A stretch of DNA of 54,382 nucleotides. Origin: Catajapyx aquilonaris (lineage: Eukaryota). Both the position numbers and the translations under genes were made by a program. The notes under the pieces are model-generated. The model did not search any database, had not been told where the DNA came from, and worked only from the letters and a program-made list of their open reading frames with translations. Positions within the stretch are counted from its first letter, which is position 1, and each line of letters opens with the position of its first letter. Of the stretch, positions 49,831 through 54,382 are shown piece after piece. The stretch lies in the NCBI GenBank assembly GCA_000934665.2, contig JYFJ02003960.1, positions 1 to 54,382 on the forward strand. The letters run 5' to 3'.

Positions 49831-52669
49831 CAATAATATATTATGCTGCATTTATATACAAGAAAACTTAAACTGCACAGGTATAAGGACAGAAACATAG
49901 GTATACGGGTTGCTCTGCAGAGGAGACCTGAGCTCGACAGGTAACACTGTCCCATTACACTAGGACACGTGCGAGACAATCTACCTTAGCTTCATCTAAA
50001 TTAGGCCCACTCCCGACACTTTATGCATGGGTTTATGTTTAAAATCCTATATCGTACATCTCATGTTATGTAGTGGTGGCTACTAGTAAAAACAACAGCA
50101 ACATTTCAAAGCCGACATCGTTTGACAAATACATGTGAAGGGAGAAGGAATTATGTGCAATAACATTGAGGTGACCAGATTATGAAATTAAACATAACAA
50201 AAATTAATATTGTTTCCCATGGATCAAAAAATTCTATGTTGTCGTTAAGTGTCGCCTGAGTTAGTAGAAGTGAAGGGATATCACGAAGCTTTTAAAATTG
50301 GCTAATAGTCGTCGCACCTGCCACTCTACTGTACAATATTGGATGAGTCCTACCCCCTTTCCCCTTCACCAGTGTCAATAAGCAAAGTGAGAGGTGACAC
50401 AATAAGGGATCTTCCAGATCATCCATACTTCTGTATTACTTAAAATATTCAAATCAGTTGTGATGAAAATAATCTACAAAATATTATCATGTGTTTTGTA
50501 TAGGCTGTAGGGTCTAATCGAAGTGACTCTTATATATAATACATATTTCTTTAGCAAATGAGGGACAATAATGAGCCCAATACCAACAATAAAGAAGCAG
50601 AACTACCAGGCAGCAAGAGCAAACAAATTCTTGGCAAGATTAAACTATACTACAATATAGAATGTGTCCCTCAGGTCATACAGGAGAATTAGCTCTTGCG
50701 CGAACTCCGCCAATCAAGCCAGCATATAACAAAGTCGAAATTGCTCTCTCGGATTTCTGCTGTTGCTTTTTTCCTGGGCATATGAAGAAACAGCAATAGG
50801 GAGGAATGATGAACTGAGAGAAAAACATAGCTATATCTATTTCTATAGCGGTGGCTTTTGCCGTTTGACTGTAGACTTCTCTATGCACGTGTTCAAAAGG
50901 ATGGGTAGAAGCTACCTAATATTTGAAGCTAAGACCTATGATAACCATTAAAAGTTACTGTTGAAAAGTAACTGCTTAACACTAAGTAGTTTGTGCCAAA
51001 AAGCGCCAACGACTAAGTATTCTTCAATTGGAACACAGCCTAGTCACACCGTAGATATTACACAGGGTGAGTCAAAACTACAGGTCATCTTGCTGCCATT
51101 GATAGCTTGGCCCAAGAGCTTGGGACGCTCATTCGTCATGTTTCAAGTGACAACTCCAATTGGTAATATTTTGAACATGTTTGCTTCTTGCAATTCTATG
51201 CTTACTTATCCCTTGGTTGTAAGTGCATGCAGTGCATGCCCCCAATATTCTGCCCCTCCAAATGGCAGTGCAGTTTAAGGTCACGAGTGTCACCCCATCT
51301 GCCTCCAGACGGTTCGCAGCATCTGGAGCCCCACAGGCTGCGAGATCAATGGGCAATCTCACAGCGGGCCAGCCGACACTGGCTCAAACCCTCAAAAAAT
51401 GTAGGCTTATTCTGTAAGACCCCCTGCTTCTCGCCCTCTTGCATGCGTCACTAAATCGGTGTCTTATCTGTGCATGCACATGGCCTCAGGGACTTACCAC
51501 CATTTCCCGGGAGGTGCAACTCATTTGTTTGATTAGGGGGGCCAGATTGAATTTGTCCTGTGTTGATGCGGTCCCATCACGACCCTTCGGGGGCCACTGG
51601 GAGTCACAGGGCGATCGTTACATGGGGGATGCACATTCTTCAACACTTTTCCCCTTCTATGTAACGTTTCGTTGTCAATATGTCTGCTCGCTTCATCCCT
51701 GACGTCTGCTGTCACTTTTCAAGACAACTTTTTTGCTACCAGCCTTAGTTATATGGCTATATTTTGCAGGCAAGTTAAAACGGACGTGAGCACTTCAATG
51801 TACTGTATACCTGAGGGTAATAAGGCCACTTTTCTGTTTCTAGCCTGCTATAAAGTTCTGGAAATACAGTATTATGGCGATATGATAGCCTACTGCAGCG
51901 CCCACATGATCAAAACTGGTTTCATTCAGGAATAATTACACGTCTTCCAACCATTTCTTTTGACGTACTCAGCCTGGTAGCGGGTTCAGCGTTGAACTTC
52001 GCGCCCATCCTGCCAGGCGGCGAAGCGGGGCTGTCACGACCTCATTACAAAACTAAAATGATTTTACTTTTACAAACGTCTATCAATGGAGGTGGCCACT
52101 GACCATAGCAGCTCTCTACTGCCGGCTCCCCTCGCATCGATGCCCTGACGTCACCGTGATTTACCAAACGGAGCGGGTGGAGGGGACGGGTGTGGGTGGA
52201 GTCGGAGGAAGGGTTAAGGTGTCGGGGGAGAAGGCGCCCGATGTTTACCTTCGGCCCAGCGACGTAGCCAGNCCCCGAAATTCATAATGTAGGCTAGGCT
52301 ATTATCCAAAAATCGGCGAAAATTACTAATTCACGATTTCTTGGAAAAAGTGCCATCAATTTCATAAAATACACACCCATTCAAATCTCCCACATTCACC
52401 TATAAGCTCGTGTGACCTTGAACTCCCCAAAAATTTCGCCTCCCCATGCTCCCCCCTCCCCGATTGCGAGTTGAAATATTAATTTTTGTATAAAATCAAA
52501 CGAAATTAAGGAGAGAACTCGGGGGGGGGGGGATCTCAACTGCCTCGGGGCGGCCGAGGGGGTTAATCCGGCACTGGTTGAGAATCATTATTGGTGCCAC
52601 TTAAAAAAAAACAAAGCAAATTATTATGTCGCGCAATTTCTTCAATGTTGGTTGTTACACACCTCCTGT

Positions 52670-52850
52670 GTAGCGTACACTTGTCTTTTAACAAACCCCT
52701 ACAGGAAAAAGTTAGGTGAAGTTAGGTCTGGTCATCTGGGAGCTATGCAATGAACGTTGATCATCTCCCAATCCATCCTGCAGTGGTCATCCAAGAATGA
52801 GCCAACATCATTGGCTAAGTGAGGGGGAGCCCTCATCTTGTTGAAAAATT
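52670..52850 (-). pseudogene. Degraded Tc1/mariner-superfamily (rosa/maT-like) transposase fragment
   Basis: Frameshifted translation FQQD..APPH....WIGR....PR*PDLTSPNFFL*G..KDK. Confidence 0.6.
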
Positions 52851-52883
52851 CCTACTTGAGGAATCTGCCACACAGCTGGCCAC

Positions 52884-53412
52884 CTGGTGGCCCACTGGTG
52901 GGGTGGATTTGATTTTTGATTTTTTTTATTTATTTAAAAAAGGTTACGTCTGTAGGCAATTTCAGTGCCTCGATCAATGAGAAGCGGATACTAGTAGTAA
53001 CGTGTGAATCTTCTCATATGCGACAATTATCTTGATCAAGGGAAGACCGTGATGTGTCACTAACTGCCTCACATGTAAAAAAATTAATTAATTAAAATCT
53101 GCTCTTTGCACTGGTACACACCTTCTGTCATTGCAACTAAGTACTATGTAAGTTATGAATATCTATTTTATTATAGTTTTAAGCGGAACACACTGTATTA
53201 TTACCGAGATTATTTCTTTTACCCATCACAATGCTGAATATCCCTGCAACGTATATGACAAAGAGAGAAATGTCGCATATGAGAAGATTCTCATGTTACT
53301 ACTAGTAGCCGCTTCTCATTGATCGAGGCACTGAAACTACCTAATAACCTGACATTTTTTTAACATTTTTATAAAATCAAAAATCAAATTTACCCCACCA
53401 GTGGGCCACCAG
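52884..53412. mobile_element. Long-TIR foldback MITE (~145-bp arms)
   Basis: ctggtggcccactggtgggg...tttcagtgcctcgatcaatgagaagcgg...atatgcgaca is mirrored at 53270-53412. Confidence 0.85.
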
Positions 53413-53595
53413 ACGGACCACAGGGCTGCAGGCGGGATGGCAGTGTGGAGGGTGTGGCGCACAGTTGGCCAATATCAGAAAAAACACGAAGATGATAGCT
53501 CCTAAACTAAACCGTTGAAGTACGTAAAATACATGTCTCCCCATGTTTTCAGGGTCGCCGATTTCGATTTTTTAGGTCATTTTTAACATTGACCT

Positions 53596-53785
53596 ACAGG
53601 GTGTACCAAAAAACACGATCGAATTTAACAATCATTCTGTAGAATGAGAGGAAAAAATTGGTTACTGATGTTCCCCTACGTCTTGCGGTCACTGCTTCAT
53701 ATTTTGAGGCTCTTGTCAAACCAAGACCTACAGGGCGTACCAGAAACAGGATAGAATTTAATAATCTGCAGAATGAGCGGTACAA
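53596..53785 (+). repeat. Two tandem mariner-MITE left-end fragments
   Basis: gacctacagggtgtaccaaaaaac.. (53592) and gacctacagggcgtaccagaaac.. (53725) with similar downstream sequence. Confidence 0.55.
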
Positions 53786-54382
53786 GTAGGTGAAACTAAT
53801 AGTCCGGTCGAGGAACCGAAACCCGTGCGTTTTTTGGAGGGGACCTTTTTTTATGATCGCAGATCATTTTTGACATCCTAAGGATGAAATTTAGCCTGGG
53901 AGCCATTTTTGTAATCTTGGCGTTTGGCCGCCATCTTGAATCCAAAATGGCCGCCGCCTCCTTTCACGTTGTTGCTTATAACTCCGCTGTGGTGCATTTG
54001 AGAGCAATGTTCCCCTCTATAAAGGTTACAGAGAATTGTATGGCAGACAGTTAGGTGCCAAACATAACATCCTGGTGGTAGTAGTTCCAAAGTTACAGCC
54101 GGTTTTATGCGTGAAGACTGGAAAATTGAACAATGGGGAAGTAGCCTTCATTTTGGAAACTACATAATAAATTCGCCCCCATTTTTTGGATTTTTTTAGC
54201 ATATTCCGTTTCAAGATATCAGTTTCAGTTCCGGAGTAATTGGGGTTTTATGTAGGCTACTGGTGACGTCACTGTCAGCCTAGAGAATGTTGACGTCACG
54301 CGAAGTGAAATGAACGCAAAAATGGTGTTATAGAACGCGCCCCGTCATTGTCGTAAAATGCTTCGCTGTTGTTAGCAACCGT

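Overview
This is non-coding, repeat-dense eukaryotic DNA, most likely from a non-dipteran arthropod. That is inferred from TTAGG arrays, insect-type Helitrons, mariners and tRNA-derived SINEs; no intact host gene could be supported. Most of the window is a mosaic of MITEs (Tc1/mariner/pogo, piggyBac-like, hAT-like), non-autonomous Helitrons, tRNA-derived SINEs, an RTE-derived element, foldback elements and microsatellites. The only clear protein-coding signal is a GC-rich island (about 12.5-16.0 kb, minus strand) holding a degraded IS630/Tc1/mariner transposase with exact DD82E (Sailor-type) spacing. It appears fused, through a 98-bp intron, to a roughly 315-aa Pro/Ser/Thr-rich N-terminal region. 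Downstream lies a diverged duplicate of the same splice acceptor and exon start, with its own stop codon and AATAAA. This suggests an alternative-last-exon switch between a transposase fusion and a transposase-free protein. Also notable: a foldback family whose copies diverge while keeping arm complementarity, nested (GT)n-targeting elements carrying TTAGG arrays, head-to-head tRNA-like Pol III heads, and a structured RTE 5'UTR-derived element. Family assignments are from motif recognition only, with no database searches.
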